A stretch of DNA of 64,000 bases from a virus (IMGVR_UViG_3300020577_008610:64001-128000), one strand, 5' to 3'; positions 28,509 through 38,738 are shown, numbered from the stretch's first letter. Made by a program: numbers and translations. Notes: a model not told the origin generated them from the sequence alone.

Positions 28509-29498
28509 TTAAACTGCCGGTGTGCTTCCATCCCAACGCACAACGTAGTCTCTCATACAAATCCAGTCTTTAGAGCCTGAGCTGGTTGTTGATAGGGTGT
28601 CCCCCGTGCTACGGACTACGTTCTTGGCCCTTAGGAGGCTTGAGAAGCCCTTGAACCCTGTTGTGCCACCTGCTGCGCTTTGGCGCGCCCAAAACACCGG
28701 CAGAACGTCGTCCTTGGCGTTGGAGGGGTTAGTGCCGAGAGTATTGGTGGCTGTTATCGTGGCAGCATTATACCAGCTTAAGGAAGGTATTCCTATTCCA
28801 GTAAATGACTCTCCGGTTACTCCTTTTGCCAACCAGCATTTAGGAGTATGCGGCAATGATGCAGTAGAAACTTGATTCATGGCATTGTTATTGCCTGCTG
28901 CATCTTGAACTAAAACATTGGAGCTGCCGGCATAGAAAACGTATGGATCGTTGTCGGTGTTGGGGAAAGACCCAGAAATCATTGGATCCATGAGAATCAT
29001 GGTGGTGGGATTCCCGCCTCCGATTGGATATGCTCCGGCCCAAAAACCATATGGAGCCTCATTGTCTGCAACGCAATGCCAACGATAGGTGTTATCCGTG
29101 GCAAATAAGGTTTGTCCTGCCGCTCCATCTGCAAAAATCCATCGGCGTTCGACATTTCCTGTATCATTGGGCATTACAGTAGCTGAACCACCATTGGTCG
29201 AAGCGCTAGAATGGGTGTAGGTAATTCTCCACACTAGATTTGTTGTGGTTCGTTGGAATCCTAATTCTCTTCTCACTCCTCCATAGGAACCAGTAGCTCC
29301 AAGTGGTTGTTTGACCACGAAGTACGCATTGGCATTAGCTAATACGGCTCCGCTAGTAATCAAATCGCCTGCTTGCAAAGTTGTTCCATTTGAGGAGGAC
29401 ACCACCACCCAACCTGCAGCAACGAGAAGTTGCTTGAAGTTGTACATGGCTTCTGCTCCTGTAGCGGGTGTTAAACTTGCACTTGTTATGATGGTCAT
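28509..29498 (-). CDS. Putative tail/virion structural protein
   Basis: LLVAAGWVV N-terminus; G/T/N/A-rich beta composition. Confidence 0.65.
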   Translation of the reverse strand: MTIITSASLTPATGAEAMYNFKQLLVAAGWVVVSSSNGTTLQAGDLITSGAVLANANAYFVVKQPLGATGSYGGVRRELGFQRTTTNLVWRITYTHSSASTNGGSATVMPNDTGNVERRWIFADGAAGQTLFATDNTYRWHCVADNEAPYGFWAGAYPIGGGNPTTMILMDPMISGSFPNTDNDPYVFYAGSSNVLVQDAAGNNNAMNQVSTASLPHTPKCWLAKGVTGESFTGIGIPSLSWYNAATITATNTLGTNPSNAKDDVLPVFWARQSAAGGTTGFKGFSSLLRAKNVVRSTGDTLSTTSSGSKDWICMRDYVVRWDGSTPAV

Positions 29499-29505
29499 TT
29501 CATTC

Positions 29506-31107
29506 CTACACTGTAGTCAATAGCTCAGCTGAACCCAAAATAGCAGTAGCACTGTTTTGGGCTACGTAAAGCTGGATTTCGTAAATTTGCTGACTGCTAG
29601 TCACGAAGTTGACTGCGCCAGTCAGGTTAGTAGAAATCTTCCTTTCTGGTGTGGTCGAAGTGCTTGTTATGGCAATGTTGCCAGGACCACCAATCTCCAC
29701 ATAAGCTCCGGAGGTTACGTTATACAGGAGGAGAGAAGCAGTTGTGGCTGTTGTCGATAGAATTGCAGCCAAGTAAACCGCCGAAGAGCTTGGAGTAAAG
29801 CAAAATTCGGATGGCACCCAAATGTTTTGACCGCAAACTTGCGGGTTGCTTGAGGTGTTGTTAGTGGTATTGTATGATGCCATAAACAAACGTCCATATG
29901 TTCCTGCAGAACCAGTGATCGTTACGGCTCCGTTGGAGCTGCTGTTAATTACGACCCCAGGTCCAGCTCGAAGGTAGGACGTTCCATCTGTAAGCTTTGT
30001 GAGAGATCCAGAAATTCCTTTGTTGAACTCAAAAGGACAATAGGAAATGCCTGAAAGACTCCCTGTCATCAAAATTTGAGTTCCTGAGAGAAATACAGGA
30101 TCTCCCGCAATGACAACTGTGTTTACTTTGTCTCCAAATTGAAGAGTGCTTGCATCAGGAAAGAAGGTAAGTGCATTGCTCCAGTTCCCTCCGATGCCGT
30201 CCCAGAATGAAATAAAAGTACCAACAGTCCCGTTGTCATTGACATTGCCAAGAAAGACGCCACTTTGAGCTATTAGAGACCTGCTGGCAATTAAGGTGCC
30301 AGAAACGTAAAGGTCTCCTCCGAAGAGACTTGCTTTGGAAAGAGTATACAGATTGTCAAGGTTGGAGCTAGTCTGAGGAGAACCGCTTACGAAGAAGAAG
30401 ATGTCACTTCCAAGCTGATTGGGATACCTTCCAGAAGAGTCAAATGAAACAGAAGAGGTTGTATACGCTCTCGTTCCGCTAACCGTAAATAAGGAAGGCG
30501 AGGATGAGGATCCTGATATCGTTACTGCACCATTAGCCGTTGTGCCAATTGTGATTCCGGGGCCAGCTACAAATGCTGGATTCCCATCCGCTAAAGCAGT
30601 ATGGGATCCGGAAATGCCAACAGATACTAGCAAGTCCCCATCAATTTCAGTCGAAGAGCTAAGAATGATCCCATAGCCTGTGTCTGTCGGAGCAAAGAAG
30701 AAATTGTTAGCACGGAACAGGAATGTTTCAAAAGGGTTCCCGACAACAGGGTTGTCATCTTCGATGAAGAAAAATTGCTTGAAAGTCGCATCAACACGAC
30801 TTAGATAGTGAATGGGGCCAATGACATCAAAGGAACCCTGAACTCTTAGAGTTCCGGAAACATGAGCGTCTCCACCGAAGCCAACAATGCCATGCGAGCC
30901 AGAATCTAAACTGCCGCTTGAGCCAGAAATGAACAGAAAGACATCTGTTCCAATAGAGCTGGTTGAGAATAAGCTGGTATTCAATCCTCCAGAAAGATTA
31001 GATGCGACAGAGAAGGGGTAAACAAGCAAACTTGCATTTGTTCCAGTGGAACCTGAAGCAATAAGCTTGTTTGTCCTGGTTTGGCTAGCTCGAAAATCTA
31101 ATGCCAC
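29506..31107 (-). CDS. Tail fibre-like protein with SGS repeats
   Basis: Repeated FFFVSGS, FGGD.YVSG and GISGS..L.DG...AGPG...NGAVTI units. Confidence 0.7.
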   Translation of the reverse strand: MALDFRASQTRTNKLIASGSTGTNASLLVYPFSVASNLSGGLNTSLFSTSSIGTDVFLFISGSSGSLDSGSHGIVGFGGDAHVSGTLRVQGSFDVIGPIHYLSRVDATFKQFFFIEDDNPVVGNPFETFLFRANNFFFAPTDTGYGIILSSSTEIDGDLLVSVGISGSHTALADGNPAFVAGPGITIGTTANGAVTISGSSSSPSLFTVSGTRAYTTSSVSFDSSGRYPNQLGSDIFFFVSGSPQTSSNLDNLYTLSKASLFGGDLYVSGTLIASRSLIAQSGVFLGNVNDNGTVGTFISFWDGIGGNWSNALTFFPDASTLQFGDKVNTVVIAGDPVFLSGTQILMTGSLSGISYCPFEFNKGISGSLTKLTDGTSYLRAGPGVVINSSSNGAVTITGSAGTYGRLFMASYNTTNNTSSNPQVCGQNIWVPSEFCFTPSSSAVYLAAILSTTATTASLLLYNVTSGAYVEIGGPGNIAITSTSTTPERKISTNLTGAVNFVTSSQQIYEIQLYVAQNSATAILGSAELLTTV

Positions 31108-31139
31108 AGTTGAGTACCTCAGGAGTAAGTAGGCAATGG

Positions 31140-31934
31140 TTACGGACCAGGAACGCCTGTGTCTGGATTGGCCTGGAAATAAGAACCAGAGGTGTCACTC
31201 AGGACAATAAACTGAATCAGCCCATCGTAAGCAATTGATAGGTCATTCACAGCATAACTAGAGGATACCGCAGAGATGTTTTGGCCGATGTCCAAGGTCA
31301 CATCCAAGCTAGTTCCGATTGGATTGTAGTTGAGAAACTTGGGATTATCGGGAAGTGTAGCCCAAGACATCGTAACCGAAGAAGCTCCTCCAGCGCTTAT
31401 CTGTCCAGCAGCACACCAAGCGAAGGTGCCAGAAAGATCCGTAGCACGGTTCACATACACAGGATAAGACCCAGCCGTATAAACGCCGCGATAGGTTATC
31501 TTCCCAGTGAACGGAGCCGAGAAGTTGGCTCTAAAGCCTGTGGTTCCCAGGTTGGTCACCCACCAAGCAACAGAAGGGGTTTCCTCCCCATTCGTACCCG
31601 TGAACTGACTCTGAGATGTCTCAAAGCCAAGGTAAGGAATACCGGAGAATGGAGTGGGAAAGGTGATGTCCTGGTAAAGCGACGACGAGAAGGAGCCAAC
31701 TGTTACCTCCAGGTACTCCACAATGGAAGGGTTGGAAGATGAGGAGGCTGATTCTTGGTTTTGGTTGACGAGAAAGAAATCTCGGTCTCGGATAATCTTC
31801 TGAAAATCAAAAGAGCGAGTGGTATCGGTGAGAGGGTCAATAAAAGACCGAATGTCCGGTCTCCTGGACATTCCGTACCCGTAGACTTTACGGTACTTTG
31901 ACCGGTTTTTTGCAAACTTGTCGTCGATACTCAC
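31140..31934 (-). CDS. Putative virion protein with lectin-like beta domain
   Basis: ITFPTPFSGIP...TTGFRA motif; TACTTA upstream. Confidence 0.6.
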   Translation of the reverse strand: MSIDDKFAKNRSKYRKVYGYGMSRRPDIRSFIDPLTDTTRSFDFQKIIRDRDFFLVNQNQESASSSSNPSIVEYLEVTVGSFSSSLYQDITFPTPFSGIPYLGFETSQSQFTGTNGEETPSVAWWVTNLGTTGFRANFSAPFTGKITYRGVYTAGSYPVYVNRATDLSGTFAWCAAGQISAGGASSVTMSWATLPDNPKFLNYNPIGTSLDVTLDIGQNISAVSSSYAVNDLSIAYDGLIQFIVLSDTSGSYFQANPDTGVPGP

Positions 31935-31990
31935 AACTTGTAAGTATCCACTCGCTTCGGAGTGGAACGAAGCAAGATAGACCCATTAGC

Positions 31991-32575
31991 CTACAGGATG
32001 CTTGCAGCAATAGTGGCCAACCTACTGCTCAGGACGTATTGACCTTCTTTGAACTCCACCAAACCTTTCTTCAAAAGGTCAATGGCCAACTTCTCAGCAG
32101 AAGCATGAACAGCTTGGTGTATTTGCCTGGACTCGGTAATTGTCGTTCCAGAACACAAATACAGATTGCTGGGATGATTGTTGAGTTTGTCTTCATCAAT
32201 ATGATGAATAATCTCATGTGACTCTAGGAACCGTCCCAATTCTTTCTCCATCACCAAGATGTGTTCCATGATGTATTTGCCGTTTTTTCTGGGTTTGGTA
32301 CGTGGATGTTCCTCATCTACAATAATTTGCTTATAGCCACTTTGGTATCTCCACCCTTGTTTGCGAATGGCTTTACTGATGGCTTTCCGATGTGACGGGC
32401 TGTAGGTCTTGCCTGTGAGCTGTTTGGTCGTTGAACAAGACTTGCACGGATGCTCTGCTTTTTTGTAGTTTGAAAGGAAATGCACCTCTCGTTCGATGTT
32501 GCAGTATTCACATCGAACGAGAGCGATCTTGTCTTTTGCCAGAGTGGTTTTGCCGGGTTTGGACGCAATCAACAT
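31991..32575 (-). CDS. HNH homing endonuclease ending in a duplicated PhoH C-terminus
   Basis: EHILVME...HHIDEDKLNNHPSNL; ends SRLATIAASIL. Confidence 0.88.
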   Translation of the reverse strand: MLIASKPGKTTLAKDKIALVRCEYCNIEREVHFLSNYKKAEHPCKSCSTTKQLTGKTYSPSHRKAISKAIRKQGWRYQSGYKQIIVDEEHPRTKPRKNGKYIMEHILVMEKELGRFLESHEIIHHIDEDKLNNHPSNLYLCSGTTITESRQIHQAVHASAEKLAIDLLKKGLVEFKEGQYVLSSRLATIAASIL

Positions 32576-32621
32576 ACCATTAGATATGCGTTGCCAAGTT
32601 GGATTTTTTGGAAAAGCGACA

Positions 32622-34985
32622 CTAGAGAATGGAAGCCGCAATAGTGGCCAACTTGCTTCGTTCACCTTTGGTTAAGGTGACGTGGCCAGAGAGGTCATAG
32701 GTTTTGAACTTCTCAATTGCCACGGTCAGGCCGTTAGACACTGAATCCACATACATATTGTCAATCTGCTCAATGTCCCCAGTCAGGACGATTTTGGTTC
32801 CATCACCCACACGAGTGATGATGGTCTTCAACTCATGAGCATTGAGGTTCTGCGCCTCATCAATGATCATGAAGGCATTGGCGATAGACCTACCACGGAT
32901 GTAGGTCATGGCTTCAACCTCGATGGTGCCATTCTCGAAGAGCATCTGGAGAGTCTCTTCGCCCCTCTTGCTCTTCTTGCCGTCAGCCGAAAGCAGGAAC
33001 CGGAGGTTGTCCTTGATCGGGGCAACCCATGGCTCCATCTTTTCCTCCAGAGTGTTATGGGTTACCACGAAATAGTCAGTAATATAAAGATGTTCCGGAT
33101 TGTCAACGAGAATGCACTGCATTTCAACTTTTTTTCCGGTTCTTTCAATCCCAACAATTCTTCGTCGGCGTTCCAGTTTGCGAAACTGGTAACGTTCACG
33201 CTTACGAGTTAGGCAGAACGGCTGGAACTGATCCTCCCAGAAGGATATGGAAATTGTGTATGCTCCTTTTAGTGCTGAGAACTTTGTATTGGCAGCTCCT
33301 CCGAGCGAGAAAACCAATTCCTTAAACCCATCTGCAAGGGCTTTAGAACAGGTTGTCAGGCTAACATCGGAACCATCTGCTGACACATAGCCATCTGTAT
33401 CCATTAGTCCTTGCAAGAGCGCAACCCTGTCTTGAATTGAGGCTGTCAGGTATTCAGCCGGGATGAATTTTGTGTACGAATTAGCCCCGGCAAGTCCGAG
33501 AGATTCTATTCCAGCTCGAACAATGTTGGAAACCCTTTTCTTTCGTCCAACATTGTCTGACATCACAAAAGACCAAGTTAAGCCCGACTTGTGACGCAAC
33601 ATTGCTCCACTCGGAAGAGAACGTTGAATCCTCTCTACGATTTCACTATCAGTAGAAGACAATTCAGTAGCATATCGCTGGGTTACACATCCATCACCAA
33701 GAATGGCGCCAAGGACATAAGGATCAATTGGAAGTTTGTGAACTGTCTGATACTCCACTGGTTTCACGTATTGCACAAAATGGTGCAGGTGTTCCTTTCC
33801 CGTAAGGAGATCAACTTCAATTTCCTTGGTTGACCGGGTTTTGGGAATTTCTTCGTGTGGCTTGTATGTGTTCCACGGATGGTCCTCGCAGCACTCAACT
33901 TCAGCTCCATCCTCAAAGATAAGCTTCAAAACCTCCTTTTGCCCTTTCGGAAAGACCTCCAGAACAGACGTTGGCTTACCATCCCGAGCAATCACCTGAT
34001 TACCCTTCTGGATTGCTCCCATTGTGGTCCACCCCGTCGGCGTTAATACCTTGGAGTAAAGTGGTTGAGGTCCCGGAAGAAATCCAATGTCTTTGCCCAA
34101 GGGCTGAATTGGACGGCACACGATGAGGCTCTTGTACCGCTTCTGGTCAATTACCTGATGGAGGCCAGCTGCAATGGCCAAGAGAGTCTTGCCGGTACCA
34201 GCAGAACCAACAATGGTCGCCAGGGAGATAGAAGGATCCATCAGAAGGTCGATGGCAAATTTCTGCTCCTTGTTTCTTCCTTCGATCTTTGAAGGTGCAA
34301 ACTCGGTGATTCCTTTGACCTTGCCACCCTTGTATCGCATGATGGCTGAAGACTCAGCTCCCTCCCTCTTTACAAGCAAGAACTGATTCTCGTAAAGGGC
34401 ACTCTTAACTTCTTCTGGAAGCTCTAAAACTCCTTCTCGATAAAACCTCTCTAGGTCATAGTCTCCAACCAAAGTAGTCTCGCCTGTGTACAAGCCAGAA
34501 ATAGACTCAGCCACATGTAGCTTTTTATAGTCATCAGCTAGAATGCCCAAAGCATGAGCCTTGAGTCGAAGTAAGATGTCCCTGGACACCAAGACCATCT
34601 CTGCGTCCGGGTTCTTTCGCTTGAAAGCCATACAGACCGCAAGAATCTGGTTGTCTCCAGATTTGCCTTCCAACTCCGATGGGATCAGTTCCTTCAGGTC
34701 TGAAAATCCAAGGGAGTTGAACGACAGAATCCGAAGCGACCCCTGACCTTCTCCAAGCGGAATAGGTTCATCAAATGCCTTGTGATCTTTTGTTATTTCC
34801 GTTAGCTTCCGAGAGGTCTCTCGGGCATGCCTACCCACTTCATCCTGACGGTCTTTGTGTCTGTCCAACTCCTCCAGGACAATCATAGGCAGAACCACGT
34901 CGTGCTCCTTGAAGGAGAACATGGCATTCGAGTCAGAGAGAAGAACGTTGGTGTCGAGGACAAAAGTTTTCTTGTTGTTGTTCAT
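32622..34985 (-). CDS. phoH: PIN-PhoH family protein containing an intein
   Basis: VLDTNVLL PIN domain; GSAGTGKT; IRGRS; IIDEAQN; TGDIEQID. Confidence 0.92.
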   Translation of the reverse strand: MNNNKKTFVLDTNVLLSDSNAMFSFKEHDVVLPMIVLEELDRHKDRQDEVGRHARETSRKLTEITKDHKAFDEPIPLGEGQGSLRILSFNSLGFSDLKELIPSELEGKSGDNQILAVCMAFKRKNPDAEMVLVSRDILLRLKAHALGILADDYKKLHVAESISGLYTGETTLVGDYDLERFYREGVLELPEEVKSALYENQFLLVKREGAESSAIMRYKGGKVKGITEFAPSKIEGRNKEQKFAIDLLMDPSISLATIVGSAGTGKTLLAIAAGLHQVIDQKRYKSLIVCRPIQPLGKDIGFLPGPQPLYSKVLTPTGWTTMGAIQKGNQVIARDGKPTSVLEVFPKGQKEVLKLIFEDGAEVECCEDHPWNTYKPHEEIPKTRSTKEIEVDLLTGKEHLHHFVQYVKPVEYQTVHKLPIDPYVLGAILGDGCVTQRYATELSSTDSEIVERIQRSLPSGAMLRHKSGLTWSFVMSDNVGRKKRVSNIVRAGIESLGLAGANSYTKFIPAEYLTASIQDRVALLQGLMDTDGYVSADGSDVSLTTCSKALADGFKELVFSLGGAANTKFSALKGAYTISISFWEDQFQPFCLTRKRERYQFRKLERRRRIVGIERTGKKVEMQCILVDNPEHLYITDYFVVTHNTLEEKMEPWVAPIKDNLRFLLSADGKKSKRGEETLQMLFENGTIEVEAMTYIRGRSIANAFMIIDEAQNLNAHELKTIITRVGDGTKIVLTGDIEQIDNMYVDSVSNGLTVAIEKFKTYDLSGHVTLTKGERSKLATIAASIL
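33054..34070 (-). mobile_element. Class 3 intein (339 aa) with LAGLIDADG endonuclease
   Basis: Begins PQP; W in DHPW, C in MQCI, T in VTHN|T; LGAILGDG and GLMDTDG. Confidence 0.9.
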
Positions 34986-35057
34986 CGCATGTTATTTCTA
35001 AGCTGTGGCACTTGCAAGAACATTGGATTATACGTGAATGCCTTTTTTGCATCTAAC

Positions 35058-35402
35058 TTACAAGACGTTCTTTGAACCCTTCACTTGCTTCCCAGCAGCC
35101 TTCGTTGGGACAGTCTTCGGAGTCTCAACAACAGGAGGCGCAGCTGCCGGCTCTTCTGTTTCCTTAGCCACAGAAGACTCTACCGCCTGAGATTCGGAAA
35201 CTGAATCAGAAGCTTTTTCTTCAGCAATAATGACTGGTTCCGGAGTTTTTTCAGGCTCAGAAATGGCAACGACGGCAGGTGCTTGAGGTTGTACTTTCGG
35301 AGTGAAAGGAACAGCCAGCATGCCGTCGTAGCCAAGTGTGCGATGCGGGACGGATGGGTCCAATCCCTTTGAGATTGCGTCAGCAGCGATATGCAGCTTC
35401 AT
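35058..35402 (-). CDS. Low-complexity late protein
   Basis: A/E/P/K-rich; TACTTA just upstream. Confidence 0.55.
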   Translation of the reverse strand: MKLHIAADAISKGLDPSVPHRTLGYDGMLAVPFTPKVQPQAPAVVAISEPEKTPEPVIIAEEKASDSVSESQAVESSVAKETEEPAAAPPVVETPKTVPTKAAGKQVKGSKNVL

Positions 35403-35428
35403 ACCCATAAGTATGAGCTGAAACAAAA

Positions 35429-35707
35429 TTACCCTGCTGGGGTTTCGGCCTTAGGTGCCTTCTTGGACTTGGTGGCATTCTTGGTCTTGCGAGTCTCTAC
35501 CGTTCCCTTGTCAGAAACCAAGGTCTCCTTCAGAATCAGGAAGGCCTGCTTCCGAAGCGAACGAAGTCCCTTGCGGACTCGAACTCCGGCTGAAACGTTG
35601 TGTTTGAGAGCATTTTTCTCAAGATCCTTTTGTAGCTCAGCTACATTTTGACAAAGCTCAGTCCACAGCGCCAATACCTTTGAATCACTTGTCGTTCCGT
35701 CACTCAT
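35429..35707 (-). CDS. Histone H1-like (Hc1-type) nucleoprotein
   Basis: NVSAGVRVRKGLRSLRK core plus Lys/Ala tail. Confidence 0.7.
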   Translation of the reverse strand: MSDGTTSDSKVLALWTELCQNVAELQKDLEKNALKHNVSAGVRVRKGLRSLRKQAFLILKETLVSDKGTVETRKTKNATKSKKAPKAETPAG

Positions 35708-35797
35708 TGAGTTTACTCCTATATGCGATACGAGAACTTTGTACCGTATCAAGTAGTCTATTTTGGTTTTGGCAGGATTGTATCGGCAAATCGGAGA

Positions 35798-36334
35798 TTA
35801 TCTGTGGCTAATGGCTTCCCAGATAGCTTTTCCGATAGCGGCAAAGGCCCCGCCAACGATAAGCCAGACAGCTTTGCCCAACCAGTCACTCCAGGCGGAC
35901 TTGACCTTGATGACCGATTCCAGCTTTTCCAGGTCATCCCCAGCGATCTTCTTGAGCTTGGAGGTAGTTTCCACCTTCTTGCTCAAGTCATCGTCAGTTG
36001 AACTTAACTTTTTCAGAGAGTCGTTGAACTCCTTCATGTTTTTCTCATCGGCTGCAAGGTGTGCAGTATGAGACTTGACCATTTGCTTTATGTCCGTTTC
36101 AACCAATTTCACACGGGCATACAAGCCATCGTCTGGATTATAGAGTCCATCATGGATCTTATCAACCTTTTCGCTTGTTTCCTGCTGCTTTTCTTGGATG
36201 TGTTCAACGATAACCATCATCTTGTCGAACCCACCATTCAAAACAGGAGAAGTGTTGATTTTCTGTGCAATGCTTTCAACCATAAGCTGAAGCTGTTTAT
36301 TGTCAGATTTAGTGTCAGACATGGACTCCCCCAC
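35798..36334 (-). CDS. Coiled-coil protein with C-terminal membrane anchor
   Basis: DGLYARVK; C-terminal hydrophobic helix. Confidence 0.7.
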   Translation of the reverse strand: MGESMSDTKSDNKQLQLMVESIAQKINTSPVLNGGFDKMMVIVEHIQEKQQETSEKVDKIHDGLYNPDDGLYARVKLVETDIKQMVKSHTAHLAADEKNMKEFNDSLKKLSSTDDDLSKKVETTSKLKKIAGDDLEKLESVIKVKSAWSDWLGKAVWLIVGGAFAAIGKAIWEAISHR

Positions 36335-36427
36335 CTAAGGATTTCCGATACGACCTAAGGCCAACCGGCTTCCAATAAGTATGAAATCGCCGAGCCATTT
36401 TAACGAGTTTGAAGAATACAATGAGTC

Positions 36428-37822
36428 ATGGCCTACAGTTCCTTCCGTGAAAAATCCGTCTTTTTGGCCGAAATGCAACAAGCCAATGAGAAAATGAAGA
36501 CCTTGCTCGGACGAATCAAGGTTGCTCTGAGTGAACAGGGGTATCCCCTTCGGAAAGACACCTACCACTTTCTTACTCGGGTCCTGGAGCCGTCCAACCG
36601 AGCAGAGCGGACCCTGTTCATGCTTTTGTTCCAGTCGGCCTACAGAAGCGAACTGCTATCTGCTGGGAGCTCCTACCTTGCCGTTCGGTTTGCTAACGAA
36701 TTCATCCAAGAATTGGTGAAACATCCGGAGCTTATCTCCAGGAATGAAGTTGAACTGATGACCGAGTATGAGGAGCTCGTTGCCGACCTAAACCGCCAGA
36801 TTACCTCAATTTCTTTGCCGGTGACGGAAGAGTGGATGCAGCAAGAGATCGAACGCATCTGTGAGGATCCCATTTTGGCCGAAGCTGTTTGGCAAGCCAT
36901 CTCTGTTTCGGGCCTTGAAGGCAAGATCCATGTGGAAGATGGCACACTCCCCAACTACGTGGTGGAACAAAAGTCAGGATATTACTTCAGTGTCCTGAAA
37001 CCATTCAAGTTCATGCTGCCAAAAAACGGCTGCTGGGAAGCTCAGAACGTCAAGGTCATGCTGGTTGATGGCATCCTGGAACGGGTAAGCGAACTGGACA
37101 AGATCCTGAACGGAGCCATGCAGACCAAGATTCCGACTTTGCTGGTAGCTCATGGGTTTTCCGAGGAAGTGGTTGCTACGATCAAAGCCAACGTAGACTA
37201 CGGCAAATTTAACATCATGCCCGTCAGGCTTACCTCCGACCTGGAGTCCCTGAACGTTTTGAACGATATTGCCGTGGTCTGTGGAGCTGATGTGGTTTCT
37301 ACCCTAAAGGGACAGATGGTGGTATTTACCGAGTTCGACTCACTTCCCATCGTTGAGAGAATTCGACTCACTTCCCAAGAGCTGACTATCGAAAATGCCA
37401 AAACAAGGAGGGCCGTTTCTAACCACCTCCGAATGCTCCTGGAGAAAAGGCAAAATCAATCGGAGATATCCGATATCTCCGATCTGATTGACCGTAGAAT
37501 CCAAGGGCTCATCTCGGCCGCTGTTACCCTTCGGCTTCCCAACATGCCCGCTTCCAAAAGGGATAATGCCAAGGTCAAGATCGACGTTGCCCTTCGAAGC
37601 GCAAAGACCCTCCTGAATCTCGGAAAGGCAAACCTTCAGGATGTCAAAGGTTCCCCAGCACCCCATGGGAGCCTCCAGGGAGCCTTCTGGAAGGCTTTGA
37701 AGGAGGTGCAAAGGGAGATTAACACCATGCCCACTCTGAGCGCCTATACCGGTATTTACTTCGCCGGAAAGACCATCCTATCCATGATGACAACAGGGGG
37801 GTTGGTGGAAATTGTTACTTAG
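36428..37822 (+). CDS. Divergent GroEL/cpn60-like chaperonin
   Basis: Apical-domain matches (PTLLVAHGFSEEVVATI, LNDIAVVCGADVVS, RRIQGL); GDGTTT replaced by SAGSSY. Confidence 0.75.
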   Translation: MAYSSFREKSVFLAEMQQANEKMKTLLGRIKVALSEQGYPLRKDTYHFLTRVLEPSNRAERTLFMLLFQSAYRSELLSAGSSYLAVRFANEFIQELVKHPELISRNEVELMTEYEELVADLNRQITSISLPVTEEWMQQEIERICEDPILAEAVWQAISVSGLEGKIHVEDGTLPNYVVEQKSGYYFSVLKPFKFMLPKNGCWEAQNVKVMLVDGILERVSELDKILNGAMQTKIPTLLVAHGFSEEVVATIKANVDYGKFNIMPVRLTSDLESLNVLNDIAVVCGADVVSTLKGQMVVFTEFDSLPIVERIRLTSQELTIENAKTRRAVSNHLRMLLEKRQNQSEISDISDLIDRRIQGLISAAVTLRLPNMPASKRDNAKVKIDVALRSAKTLLNLGKANLQDVKGSPAPHGSLQGAFWKALKEVQREINTMPTLSAYTGIYFAGKTILSMMTTGGLVEIVT

Positions 37823-38679
37823 GTTTTTAGAGCTGTGGTAATTCCCTGAATCAACTTGGTCAATAGCTCATCTGGAATATTGTCTCCCATGTAAGGTTTT
37901 AGATTGGCAACAAGTGAGTTGTGGATCTTTTGGCCCAAACCGCCACCAGGAGCGGTAGCAGCACCTCCCGAGGCTGCTTGAGTCTGCCCCTGAGTTGATG
38001 CAGGAGTACCAGCCCGACCGGAAGCTGGTGCTTCTCCGGATGCTTGAGCAGCCATCTGATCAATCTGCGCTTGTGGCAGAACAGCCGGAATCTTGCCGAC
38101 CTTGGTCAGCTTGTCCAGCTGATTCCAGGTGAGCTGAGTGAGTTCCTGGGCTGCCTGAGCATTGTTGATATAGGGGATGTCCGAGCTAGAGAACAGCCGC
38201 TTCAGGAACCCGCCCTGCTTGTTGATGGCAAGGGCCTGCTGGAAAGCCGGTGCCATGTTGGCTCCAACAGGTTGATCCGGGTTGTTCTTGGCATTGGACA
38301 TCATCCGAGATTTGAGCAGAACAGGGAGATCTTGTCGCAAGAATTCCGAAAGACCCTGGAAGAAACCCATGGCTTTCCCAAGCATCGCACTGGTTTTCTT
38401 GGGATCGTTGCCGGCCTTGCCGGAAATGAGATTGGTCAGCTCAGCTTCAGCAGCATCCAGACCAGCTTTAATGCTGTTCAAAGGAGGAATGAACTCACCG
38501 AGGGCTGATTCCACTCCAGTCATGGCATCCACAATCTGGGAAATAGTAGCGGTATCCAATTTTTCAGCGATCAAGTAGTGGGCTTCAAGGAGCTGCTTGG
38601 CCTCATAGTAAGCAACAGCTTGTTCCTGGGCCTTTTTCTTGGCATATTCTTCCTTGAGTGTCAAACTCTTCTCGGTCAT
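37819..38679 (-). CDS. Putative virion/head-internal protein
   Basis: LKE/LLE motifs near N-terminus; A/Q/G-rich tail; TATTTA upstream. Confidence 0.6.
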   Translation of the reverse strand: MTEKSLTLKEEYAKKKAQEQAVAYYEAKQLLEAHYLIAEKLDTATISQIVDAMTGVESALGEFIPPLNSIKAGLDAAEAELTNLISGKAGNDPKKTSAMLGKAMGFFQGLSEFLRQDLPVLLKSRMMSNAKNNPDQPVGANMAPAFQQALAINKQGGFLKRLFSSSDIPYINNAQAAQELTQLTWNQLDKLTKVGKIPAVLPQAQIDQMAAQASGEAPASGRAGTPASTQGQTQAASGGAATAPGGGLGQKIHNSLVANLKPYMGDNIPDELLTKLIQGITTALKT

Positions 38680-38738
38680 GGTGCATTCCTGCCTGGGTTT
38701 GTGTTACTATGATAAATAGGTCTAGGAAGGGGAACTGT

